Source: Clostridioides phage LIBA6276
Direction: 5' to 3' (one strand)
Sequence record: MF547662.1
Length of the DNA stretch: 64,000 nucleotides
The position numbers and the translations under genes were made by a program. Below, piece by piece: positions 36,170 to 45,905 of this stretch. Each line of letters begins with the position of its first letter. Positions within the stretch are counted from its first letter, which is position 1. The notes below the pieces were generated by a model, which searched no databases, was not told the origin of the DNA, and worked only from the letters and a program-made list of their open reading frames with translations.

Positions 36170-36322
36170 TTATTTTTTCTCTTTTTTAATTTTATCAATA
36201 ATGTCTTTTATTTCGTCTATTATTTTAGGAATCATACTAATTGAAACAAGCAAACATGAAAGAAATATAGTTACCATTAATATAGCAATAAATATTATTA
36301 TTAATAATTCAAATACTATCAT
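36170..36322 (-). CDS. small membrane protein, 50 aa (MIVFELLIIIFIAILMVTIFLSCLLVSISMIPKIIDEIKDIIDKIKKEKK)
   Basis: ATGA overlap with the stop of the 36319-37125 gene; TM helix plus lysine-rich tail. Confidence 0.35.
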   Translation of the reverse strand: MIVFELLIIIFIAILMVTIFLSCLLVSISMIPKIIDEIKDIIDKIKKEKK

Positions 36323-37125
36323 CTACAGCCTTCTTTCATAAGCAAATATATTATCATATCTTTAGATAAATTTTCTTTTGAATATGCAATTGCCTTGTCA
36401 AGTATATTCATAGTTCTATGTGGATTTATTAAAGGATGATATTCATCAAATAAAACCTGTGAAAAAATATCTGAATAACCAATTTCTTTCATTTTATTTA
36501 TAAATATTTTATTGTAATATTTATAAATACCTAATTTTTTGATAAGATTCCATTCCAGTTCATTGTTTATTTTAGGAAACTTGTCTTGGATATCTTGTTT
36601 TAATTCTTCAAAAGTTAATTCTCTAAAAAGTATTATTTCTTTAGCACCTATGCTACATTTTGCTCCTGGACGTATTGATGAAAAAGATTGTTCCATCTCA
36701 TACTTATATTTATCCTCTCTTCTAACTAAGGCTTTTACTTTGAAAAATCTATTACTTAAATTTAAATTATAACATCTGAAAACATCTTTTAAATCTAAAC
36801 ACAAATGGAATCCATAGTCATATATATTTATATTTCCTCTATGTATTTCTTCAACACTATAAGTTTTATTTAGTTCATACTGAAAGTTTCTACATTTCAT
36901 ATCTGTATCTGTACCCTTATATCCTTCAATCCAAATCCATTCTTCACTATTTTTTTTCATTTCTGAGTCTATTTTTATTTTTTCCATTTCTAATAGCTTT
37001 CTTTTCATTTCTTTATCATATTGTATATTATCCATATCGAAGTTTGGTTGTTTGGGAGGAGGAGAAGGAGGTTCTGCCTCTGTTATTTTTACATTTCTAC
37101 CATATTTTTTATTGAAGATATTCAA
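36319..37125 (-). CDS. hypothetical protein
   Basis: 268-aa ORF with a PPSPPP low-complexity stretch. Confidence 0.35.
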   Translation of the reverse strand: MNIFNKKYGRNVKITEAEPPSPPPKQPNFDMDNIQYDKEMKRKLLEMEKIKIDSEMKKNSEEWIWIEGYKGTDTDMKCRNFQYELNKTYSVEEIHRGNINIYDYGFHLCLDLKDVFRCYNLNLSNRFFKVKALVRREDKYKYEMEQSFSSIRPGAKCSIGAKEIILFRELTFEELKQDIQDKFPKINNELEWNLIKKLGIYKYYNKIFINKMKEIGYSDIFSQVLFDEYHPLINPHRTMNILDKAIAYSKENLSKDMIIYLLMKEGCR

Positions 37126-37142
37126 TATAATATCACCTCGCT

Positions 37143-37691
37143 TTATTGTTTAGAAGCTATTTTAATTTTATATCCTAATTCATCTTCTATTTCTTCTTTA
37201 GTCATTGATTTAAGCTTATCTTCTGACCTAATATATAAATTAGTGAAATTAATCAATTGATTTACTCTTCTTCCCCAATCTATTATTTCTCCAAATTCTA
37301 TTATTACATCTTTCATGAAATTATCATCCAAATCACTAAAATTGAAATCTTTATTATGTAAAAAACATATTGAATCACAAGATGCTATCTTATCTTTAAA
37401 TTCTTGAAAATTTTTACAATTTATTTCTGCAATATTATCTTTAGATAAATCATCTTTTAAAAATTTCAATTGAATAAATTCATTTTCTAGCTCATCTTCA
37501 GTTGGCACACGAATGAAACAATACCCTATTGTAGTCCCACCTCTCATTTTATAAAATTGACTTATATATTCTCCAGTACCTACTGTATAAAATTCTCCTT
37601 TTTTATAACATTCAATATCTTTTATACAATATATCGTATCTCCACCATGTATATCTTTTATTAATAAATTCAACATAAATTTTACCTCCAA
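37143..37691 (-). CDS. hypothetical protein
   Basis: ORF with a GGAGGT RBS. Confidence 0.35.
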   Translation of the reverse strand: MEVKFMLNLLIKDIHGGDTIYCIKDIECYKKGEFYTVGTGEYISQFYKMRGGTTIGYCFIRVPTEDELENEFIQLKFLKDDLSKDNIAEINCKNFQEFKDKIASCDSICFLHNKDFNFSDLDDNFMKDVIIEFGEIIDWGRRVNQLINFTNLYIRSEDKLKSMTKEEIEDELGYKIKIASKQ

Positions 37692-37711
37692 TTCATATTA
37701 AAACACATATT

Positions 37712-37957
37712 TTATTTTATAAATTCTTCCCATAAATAAGAATTATTAGAATCAATATTATATTCTGGGTCTATTTTATCTGCTTTAATATTTTCAACTA
37801 ACCATTTAATACCTTCTTCTTCCGAAAAAAATACTATTTTCTCCCCATCTTCATCATATTTAAATCTTTCTGAAGAATACTCATAATAATCATCTGGATA
37901 TATTGTAAGTAATTTTACTTTATTTTCATAGCTTATAAAAGGGTAATATGTAGGCAT
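37712..37957 (-). CDS. hypothetical protein
   Basis: ORF. Confidence 0.3.
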   Translation of the reverse strand: MPTYYPFISYENKVKLLTIYPDDYYEYSSERFKYDEDGEKIVFFSEEEGIKWLVENIKADKIDPEYNIDSNNSYLWEEFIK

Positions 37958-38113
37958 AGTCTCTCTCCTTTATCTTTTTTTATATTTTTTCCACGCTTTA
38001 AATCTAATTTCAGATTTAAAATTTATAATATCATATTCTAATATTTTTCTTCTTCTCTGCTGCTCTTTAAGAAATTTAGTAATAAATTCTTCTTTGGTCA
38101 TAACAATCATCCT

Positions 38114-38488
38114 CTAAATATATTTTTTTATTTCTAATAAATAATTAAGTATAATTTTTTCTGGAAATGTCTTTGCTGTTATTATATCTATTGATTGTAT
38201 AATTATAAAAACAGCAGAAAAGATTATAATCAGTAAGCCAATAGTTGCATATACAGGGATATCATCTTCATCATCTTTCCAATCTATATAAATTAATAAA
38301 GCACCAACAATTATTCCAATTACACATATAATTATCCAAAATATACTTATATCTACCTCATAATTAATATATTTAGTAGTTAATGTTTGCAGATATGGAA
38401 TTACATTCTTGTTAGACCAATCAATAGTCATTCCAAATTTATCACTTAGATTATCTAAAATTTTTATAATTTGTTCACTAAACTCCAT
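38114..38488 (-). CDS. membrane protein
   Basis: two long hydrophobic segments. Confidence 0.35.
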   Translation of the reverse strand: MEFSEQIIKILDNLSDKFGMTIDWSNKNVIPYLQTLTTKYINYEVDISIFWIIICVIGIIVGALLIYIDWKDDEDDIPVYATIGLLIIIFSAVFIIIQSIDIITAKTFPEKIILNYLLEIKKYI

Positions 38489-38525
38489 TTAACTCACCTC
38501 CAAAGAGGGAGTAATCCCTCTTAAT

Positions 38526-40706
38526 TTAATTACATTTACTCCATCCACAATTAGGACAAGTCATACATCCTTCCATCATTTGAATCTCTAGCCCACACTC
38601 AGGGCATTTTGGCTTAAATTCTTTAAATTCCTCTATTTTTTCTCCTTGTTTTTCTTTAAGAAAATCTTTTACAGCATTTAAAATAGTAATACCACAATGA
38701 TTTCCTCTATCTAATATATTTCCTTTTGCTCTACTTGTAGCAAAACTAGGACAAGTATTAACACCCCTTAAAGCTTTTTCTATATTATCTAAAGTTCCTC
38801 CAAGTCTAAGCATCCCAGACATTGCTATTGTTGCAGCTTCAAGAAGTTTTTCACACCCACCTGAACCAGCCTTTTTTACATACAACTCTTGTATATCCTT
38901 TTCTTTTTCTGAATAGGATATAAATAAAATTAATTTACCACATCCAACATATAGCTCTTTTTTGTATGAAACAGTATCACTTGATATAGGTTTCCAGTCT
39001 CCTCTCTTAAGCCCTTGTGTATTGTTTACAGTATTAGTTGTAAGAACTCCTTCGCGCTTACATCCAGCTCTATATATTGTCAATCCTTTTAATCCATTAA
39101 CCCATGCCAATGAATATAATTCTTCGACCTGTTCAACCGTTGCTTCATTAGGTAAATTTACAGTAGATGAGATACTTGCATCTATATGTTTTTGGAAAGA
39201 TGACTGCATTAAGATACGTTCTCTTGGAGTTAGCATTTCTGCTGTTACAAAATAATCAGGAAGGGCTTTTTCATCTTCAATGTTGTTTTCTCTCATATAT
39301 TTTTTAACTATAGGTGTGTAAACTTTATAATATTTCTCTTTATCATGTAAACTTTCAGTTTTTCTAGTGTAAGAAAAGGCGAAGATTGGTTCTATTCCTC
39401 CAGATATTCCTAACATAGTTGATATACTTCCAGTTGGAGCGATTGTTAAAAGTTGTGAATTTCTAAGACCATATTTTTCTATTAATTCCAGTGTTTCATG
39501 AGATGCATTTTCTTGAATAAATTCTGATTTTAAAATACATTCTTTATATTTTGGATATGTACCATATTTTTTTGATAATAATGCTGATTGTTTTAGTGTT
39601 TCATCTGCCAGACATTTACCTATCACATTACATAATTCAACAGCCATTTCTGAACCATATCTTACATTCATTTTTATGAGCATATCAGCTATTCCCATAA
39701 CTCCAATACCTATTTGTCTGTAATTTCTAACTGTATCTTTTTGGATTTTCAATGGATGCAAAGGTAGACCTTCATCTAAAACATCATTCATTGCTTTTAC
39801 TACTATTTTTATATCTTTTCTAAAATCATTATAATTAAAAGTTTTATCTTCTTTAACATATTCGCTTAAGTTAAATGAGCCTAAAAGACAACTACCACCT
39901 GCTGGAAGCGGTTCTTCGGCGCAGGGATTTACACCTGCATATTCAAATTCATCATCCTCACTCAATAAATTATAATTATTTATTTTGTCCCAAAATAAAA
40001 TTCCTGGTTCTGCATAATTCCAATTATTTTCACATAGTTTATTAAATAGTTCTTTAGCGTTTATTTCTTTAACTATAATTTCACCAGTTTCTTCTTTTGT
40101 AAAAGAACAATTATACATTGGATTTGAATCTATTCCTGTAGCCTTTTGCATAAATTCATCTGTTATTCTTACAGATATATTAGCTTTAGTAATTTTGTTT
40201 AAATCTGTTTTAATATCTATAAATTCTTCAATGTCTGGGTGATTAATATCGAGAGATATCATTAAAGCAGCTCTACGACCACTTTGACCTATTGTTTCAG
40301 CAACTAAGGAATATGTATCCATAAATGAGACTGCACCTGTTGTAGATTTAGCTGAATTATTGACTTTTGCCCCTCTAGGTCTTAACTTAGATATATCAAT
40401 TCCTACCCCTCCTCCATAACTAAATGTTCTTGCAGTATCACTACATGTTTGGTATATATCTTCAATAGAATCACCAGTTGCTAAAACATAACAGTTTGAA
40501 TAGGTTATTTTTCTTCCATCATTCTGTAATCCTCTATTAGCTAATATCCTTCCTCCAAATAAGAATTTTTTTTCTTGTATCAACTGTTTTACTTCTTTAT
40601 CTCCATTAGACACTCTATTGAGCCATTCATCAAAAGTTTCATTATTATTCCTATATTTATTATTCCATATTGCATTTTGCATTTCATTCATTTCCCAACC
40701 TGTCAT
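38526..40706 (-). CDS. nrdJ: class II (adenosylcobalamin-dependent) ribonucleotide reductase
   Basis: NPCAEE...CLLGS active-site motifs; C-terminal CPECG...CPNCG zinc ribbon; no glycyl-radical motif and no NrdB partner. Confidence 0.65.
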   Translation of the reverse strand: MTGWEMNEMQNAIWNNKYRNNNETFDEWLNRVSNGDKEVKQLIQEKKFLFGGRILANRGLQNDGRKITYSNCYVLATGDSIEDIYQTCSDTARTFSYGGGVGIDISKLRPRGAKVNNSAKSTTGAVSFMDTYSLVAETIGQSGRRAALMISLDINHPDIEEFIDIKTDLNKITKANISVRITDEFMQKATGIDSNPMYNCSFTKEETGEIIVKEINAKELFNKLCENNWNYAEPGILFWDKINNYNLLSEDDEFEYAGVNPCAEEPLPAGGSCLLGSFNLSEYVKEDKTFNYNDFRKDIKIVVKAMNDVLDEGLPLHPLKIQKDTVRNYRQIGIGVMGIADMLIKMNVRYGSEMAVELCNVIGKCLADETLKQSALLSKKYGTYPKYKECILKSEFIQENASHETLELIEKYGLRNSQLLTIAPTGSISTMLGISGGIEPIFAFSYTRKTESLHDKEKYYKVYTPIVKKYMRENNIEDEKALPDYFVTAEMLTPRERILMQSSFQKHIDASISSTVNLPNEATVEQVEELYSLAWVNGLKGLTIYRAGCKREGVLTTNTVNNTQGLKRGDWKPISSDTVSYKKELYVGCGKLILFISYSEKEKDIQELYVKKAGSGGCEKLLEAATIAMSGMLRLGGTLDNIEKALRGVNTCPSFATSRAKGNILDRGNHCGITILNAVKDFLKEKQGEKIEEFKEFKPKCPECGLEIQMMEGCMTCPNCGWSKCN

Positions 40707-40847
40707 TAAATCACTCCTTTGTATTTTATTTAGTTTATAAAAATTTTATAAATTTAATTAAGTTTAATATAAGTATAACACTCAACTGGATAAAATGCAA
40801 TACTAGATTTTAAAAATATTTTTTATTTTTAAAATCTAGTATTATCT

Positions 40848-41987
40848 CTATTGTTTTTGCTGCTGAATTGCAAATTGCTCTAAATATATATCTTTTAAGG
40901 TTCTTCTTGTACTTGTATTATTAATAATACTTAATCCAGAACTTGTTTCTCTCATAACTCTGCTCCAAATAGAACTGCCTTTATCCATATCTATATACTT
41001 AATACATTGCATCTTCTTTTTCCAATTTGAGTGTCTCCATAAATATAAATTATGCGCAAGACCTAGATATGCATAAAACATGAAATTCTCACAAGTTAAT
41101 GAGATTTCTTTAGACATTTTTCTTCCTTCATAAGACATCATCTCAGGATAAATTTTAACTAATTCTTCAAAAAACTCTTTTAAAAATTTAAAACATTCTT
41201 CTTCCATATTTTTGTCTTCGATATCACTAAAAATATTTTTAAATGCTGTTACAAGTGTATTTAAAGTAACAATATTCATCATATCATTTTTTGCAATAGA
41301 TGTTTTAACCATATCTATTTTATTCTTTAATGCCCCTTTTTCATTTAATTTTATCATAATACGATTTACTGCATCTTGTTTATTAAAAGATTCAATTCTC
41401 GACTTAGAAAGAGTTTCGTGCAAGTTTAATTGCCAGAAATGTTCCATTGCAACTTCCATGTTATGACAAGTTATTAGAACAGGAAATTTAAGAGTTTTTA
41501 ATATTTTTATTATTCTCTTTTCATCTTCTCCTCCTATTATTTTGGCATCCTGATATATATTATGTATTGCTTTTGTTCTATGTTGACCATCTTGCATACA
41601 CATTAAACCTAGTATTATTGTTAGTTGCGAAGTATATTCATCATATATTACTTTTCCTTCTTTTCCATTTTCATCAAGTATATTTATTGTTAATTGGTCT
41701 GGAAAATATTTTTCTTGTAATATCTTTTTTTGAATACTTTTGACTCTTGTTTTATTAAAAACTGCTTTATATTTAAATGTTCCATCTGCTTGTTTTTTTG
41801 CTAATAGACCACGCTGTGTTGCAGGATAGTATATTATTTTTTGTTCATCCCATAATTTTGCTATTTCATATGCAGAAATATTTATAGTCCACATTTTTTT
41901 ATATAAGTGGTCTACTCCTTGAAATGTGTAGTTCTCAGTAAGTTTATGTTCATTAGGATTATATATATTATCAAATGTTATCGCCAA
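40848..41987 (-). CDS. DGQHR-domain (DndB-like) protein
   Basis: GLMCMQDGQHRTKAI motif. Confidence 0.5.
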   Translation of the reverse strand: MAITFDNIYNPNEHKLTENYTFQGVDHLYKKMWTINISAYEIAKLWDEQKIIYYPATQRGLLAKKQADGTFKYKAVFNKTRVKSIQKKILQEKYFPDQLTINILDENGKEGKVIYDEYTSQLTIILGLMCMQDGQHRTKAIHNIYQDAKIIGGEDEKRIIKILKTLKFPVLITCHNMEVAMEHFWQLNLHETLSKSRIESFNKQDAVNRIMIKLNEKGALKNKIDMVKTSIAKNDMMNIVTLNTLVTAFKNIFSDIEDKNMEEECFKFLKEFFEELVKIYPEMMSYEGRKMSKEISLTCENFMFYAYLGLAHNLYLWRHSNWKKKMQCIKYIDMDKGSSIWSRVMRETSSGLSIINNTSTRRTLKDIYLEQFAIQQQKQ

Positions 41988-42157
41988 TTAAATCTCTCCT
42001 TATTTTGTATTTTATTATATTATTATTATATACCATTTTCAACTGAATAAAAATAGACTTTAAACAATTTATCTGTTTTTTATTTAGTTTATAATTTACT
42101 CTAACATCCTTATTTTATACATAATCCTAAGTTTTAAATCTTATTAAAATAGTGATT

Positions 42158-42460
42158 TTAATTACTTTTTTTCTTCTTAGATTCCTCCTCTGTCTTTTTC
42201 TTATTTTTTAAATTTCTTGCTTCCTCTTCTATTAATTCAATCATAGTATCAATAAAGGTTTTTACAAATATTTTTTTATAATTTTTAAATTCTTTATCAG
42301 TCAAATCTAACTCTTGTTCATCTACGATATTTTGGAATCTATCATTCGCAAATTTTTCTAAATATTTTTTTGAATATGTTATAGTAAAACATGCTTTGAA
42401 TGATTTAGCATATTCTTTAGTCCAATCTTTTAAATTATTTAATTCTATTCTTAATCCCAT
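42158..42460 (-). CDS. hypothetical protein
   Basis: ORF with a lysine-rich C-terminus. Confidence 0.3.
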   Translation of the reverse strand: MGLRIELNNLKDWTKEYAKSFKACFTITYSKKYLEKFANDRFQNIVDEQELDLTDKEFKNYKKIFVKTFIDTMIELIEEEARNLKNKKKTEEESKKKKSN

Positions 42461-42572
42461 TTGAATCCCCTTTTATTTATAAAAATTTAATTCCTCTATA
42501 TTTATATATTTTATCTTTTTTAGATTTTATTTATTCTTTAAAATCACCACTAGAATTTTATTTATGGCATAT

Positions 42573-45500
42573 TTATTCAATTATCCAGTAAGAACTTACC
42601 CATATATCAATTCCCTCTACATCTACATAATCATCATTTATAAATCTCTTTTTTGATTCAGTTCTAGTTTTATTTAAATATACTTTGTCAAACAATTTAA
42701 TTGGATTGTTTTTAAATGTTTTTTTCTTTATCTTACATTCTTTTATTCTTCCAGAGCGTATATTATAAAATGTAATTTTAGGGGAGTACTTAGTATTAAT
42801 ATCTACAGCTATACAATGCCTTGGATTTTCATCAGATTTAATAATATTACAACTTCCTACATTTTCATAATGAGCTTTAATTAATTCTTCAATTGGAATA
42901 TCTTTATTCTCAAAAACATCTTCCATGTATTCACACAATGCTAAAATATTTACATCCATGAACATTTTTTCAGTTTTTCTATTTGCGAATTTTTCTATAT
43001 ATTTCGCATAGATATTAGTTTTCTTTAATTGTTTTTTTTCATAAAAAGCACTAAATACTTGAACAATATTTAATAATTTAGATGTCTTACCAAACTCTTC
43101 AAAAAAGTTTAACTTAATTAATATTTCTAATTGTCTACTATTGATATTTTTATTTAAATCAATTAACAATTTAGTAAAAGTATTATATTCATTATTTCTT
43201 AATGAATATAAATATTCAGCAACTTCAGTATTTAAATATTTAATACTTGATATACCTTTATATATAGTATTTGTTTTTTTGTCCATGAAATACTCTGCTC
43301 TTGAATATCTAAATTTACAATTTTTAACTTCTATCCCATATTCTTTTGCCAACTTTATTCCATTATTCAAATCTTCTTCATTATCTGCCCAATTTAAATA
43401 TGATGTTGTAAATTCTAAAGGATAGTAGTATCTTAACATTCCACATATATAACCATTCATAGAGTATCCAGTTGAATGGTTGTATCCAAATTGATATTCT
43501 GAAGAATCTGATATTATTTGTATAAATTCTTTCGCTTCTTTTTCAGCTATTTCTTTGGGTTTATTTGAGTGTTTACAATAGCCATTTAAAATCTTTGGCA
43601 ATTGTTTTTCTAATTCAACATCATCTTTTTTTCCTATTGCTCTTCTAGTTGTATCAGCTAAAGAGCCATCAAAATCACATATGTCTGTTAAGAACTTTAT
43701 TGTATCTTCTTGAAATACTAAAAACCCATTATTATCTTTTAATAATTCATCTATTTCTTCTGATGGATTTTTATTAAATTCTCTATTTATTAATCTTTCT
43801 CTATATGATTTTCCACTAGGTCTTAAACTTGCATTTACTAAAGACATATCATTTACACATTTTGCTTTATATGTACTTAATAAATCAAAAGCGTAATCAC
43901 CTTCAAATTGAAAAATTCCAACATTAATTCTATTTATATCTTCCCAAACATTTTTATCATTCCAATTTATTTCGTGAGCATACTTCCACTCTTTATTTAT
44001 AAGTCTATACGTATCTTGAATTATACCTATAGTTTTTAATCCTAATATATCAAATTTCACATAATTCAATGAATCTACTGCTTTCATCGTGCAAAATGAT
44101 ACTGGACTGTTTTCATTTCCATCTTTATAAAATACACCCAAATTATCATACAAAGTTATTGGGCTACCAATCATCCCTGCTGGATGTGTACCTTTAGAAG
44201 TTATTACTCCTCTAATCCCATCAAAATAATAAAACAAATCCTTATTATGTTCTCTTAACTCATCCCACATTTCTTTTAATTTAATTAATCTTTGTTTTTT
44301 CTTATTGTTTCTTATTGTATGCAAATATAATTCATGGTCTATAAAGTCTGGCGATTTACTTTCTTTGCCTTCTAGCTCTTCTATGTTTATTTCTTCTATA
44401 ATTATCTTGGAATATTCTTTAAAGATATTATCAAATGTGTCTTTTATATTTTTAACCAAATTCAAATTATCATAATTTAATCCTTTAGCAAGTACATCTA
44501 TACTGCCTCTATCCTTTATAGTTTGAAATGTTAGTATATATGATACTTTATCTTTTCCAAATCTATTAATTATATATTCATAAACCTTTTGTCTATCTGA
44601 TGGACTAAAATCTAAATCTATATCTCCAAGTGATATTCTATCAGCATTGCAGAACCTTGAAAATGCAGTTTTCCATCTAATAGCATCCACATCTGTTATT
44701 CCTGTTATGTATGCTATTAAAGAACCACCAACAGAACCTCTACATGGGCTAACATGAATATCATTATCTTTGCACCAATTTACTAATTCAGCTACAAACA
44801 GCATGAAACTAGCCATGCCTTGATTACACATTATTTCATATTCTTCTTGTACTCTTAGTTTATATATATCTATTTTTTCTTTTTCAATAGCATTTACATT
44901 TATTAATTTTAAAAGTTTTTCATCTATGTAATCTTTCCATGTTTGATTGGCATTTTCCCCATATAAATTAGGATATTTAAAAGTTTTATCTAGTGTAAAA
45001 TCTTCAACCATAGCAGCTAATTTATTTGTATTATTAATTGCTTCCAATATAATATCAATAGGTAGAATATTTTGTTTTTTAAACTCATCAACTAAATCAT
45101 CATAATTTTTCCATGTTAAGTCAAATTCATCTTCTTCTCCATAGAAGCTATTTTTAGATTTTTGAAGCACTTTTCTACATTCTGCTTTATATTCAGATGA
45201 TGAATGAGTGTCTGTCCCTGCTATCAATGGTATTCCATATAAGATACTCCACTCATAGAGCATCTTATTATACTCTTTTTGACTATCGCAGTTGTGATAT
45301 TGTATTTCTAAAAAACATCTATGATTATTTTTAGACATCCATTCTAGTAACTCTTGTCTTTTTTTAATATTATAATTATATTTCTCAATACCCTCAATAT
45401 CTATTATATTTGTATCACCTAGCTTCCATAATGGTGATGCTAGACAAGCAGAAGTTATTATTATATTATCGCTTGTATTCATTAATTCATCAAATGATAT

Positions 45501-45905
45501 TCTTGGATTGAAATAAAAATGACGGTCACTATTATCTTTTAAAATTCCTTTAGATGTAGCTTTTGACATTAGAGAATTTAACTCTCTAACACCTTTTAAA
45601 TTTTTTGCATATAAGCCAATATGCCAACCTCTATTATTATCTTCTAAATTTATGCATGTATATAGTTCTACACCATGAATATACTTTATTTCTGCGTTAT
45701 CACACGCCTGTTTCTTTTTTACCCAGTCATAAATACCACCATGATTGCTAAATGCTATTGCTTTCATGTTATTTTCTTTTGCTAATGATATATATTCATC
45801 ATATTTGCTACATGAGTCAGCAAAACCATTACAATTAGAAGTATCATCATGTAAGTGGTATACAACATAATTATTTGTTAATATTTCTTTTTGTATTTTA
45901 TTCAT
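42573..45905 (-). CDS. DnaE-type DNA polymerase III alpha subunit with an N-terminal PHP domain
   Basis: HLHDDTSNCNGFADSC...AIAFSNHGG PHP motifs; 1110 aa. Confidence 0.7.
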   Translation of the reverse strand: MNKIQKEILTNNYVVYHLHDDTSNCNGFADSCSKYDEYISLAKENNMKAIAFSNHGGIYDWVKKKQACDNAEIKYIHGVELYTCINLEDNNRGWHIGLYAKNLKGVRELNSLMSKATSKGILKDNSDRHFYFNPRISFDELMNTSDNIIITSACLASPLWKLGDTNIIDIEGIEKYNYNIKKRQELLEWMSKNNHRCFLEIQYHNCDSQKEYNKMLYEWSILYGIPLIAGTDTHSSSEYKAECRKVLQKSKNSFYGEEDEFDLTWKNYDDLVDEFKKQNILPIDIILEAINNTNKLAAMVEDFTLDKTFKYPNLYGENANQTWKDYIDEKLLKLINVNAIEKEKIDIYKLRVQEEYEIMCNQGMASFMLFVAELVNWCKDNDIHVSPCRGSVGGSLIAYITGITDVDAIRWKTAFSRFCNADRISLGDIDLDFSPSDRQKVYEYIINRFGKDKVSYILTFQTIKDRGSIDVLAKGLNYDNLNLVKNIKDTFDNIFKEYSKIIIEEINIEELEGKESKSPDFIDHELYLHTIRNNKKKQRLIKLKEMWDELREHNKDLFYYFDGIRGVITSKGTHPAGMIGSPITLYDNLGVFYKDGNENSPVSFCTMKAVDSLNYVKFDILGLKTIGIIQDTYRLINKEWKYAHEINWNDKNVWEDINRINVGIFQFEGDYAFDLLSTYKAKCVNDMSLVNASLRPSGKSYRERLINREFNKNPSEEIDELLKDNNGFLVFQEDTIKFLTDICDFDGSLADTTRRAIGKKDDVELEKQLPKILNGYCKHSNKPKEIAEKEAKEFIQIISDSSEYQFGYNHSTGYSMNGYICGMLRYYYPLEFTTSYLNWADNEEDLNNGIKLAKEYGIEVKNCKFRYSRAEYFMDKKTNTIYKGISSIKYLNTEVAEYLYSLRNNEYNTFTKLLIDLNKNINSRQLEILIKLNFFEEFGKTSKLLNIVQVFSAFYEKKQLKKTNIYAKYIEKFANRKTEKMFMDVNILALCEYMEDVFENKDIPIEELIKAHYENVGSCNIIKSDENPRHCIAVDINTKYSPKITFYNIRSGRIKECKIKKKTFKNNPIKLFDKVYLNKTRTESKKRFINDDYVDVEGIDIWVSSYWIIE

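Noticed and set aside
38526-40706. Class III (anaerobic, NrdD) ribonucleotide reductase, as might be expected in a clostridial phage
   Set aside because: No glycyl-radical RVxGY motif near the C-terminus; the NPCAE/CLLGS active site and terminal Cys4 ribbon fit class II NrdJ
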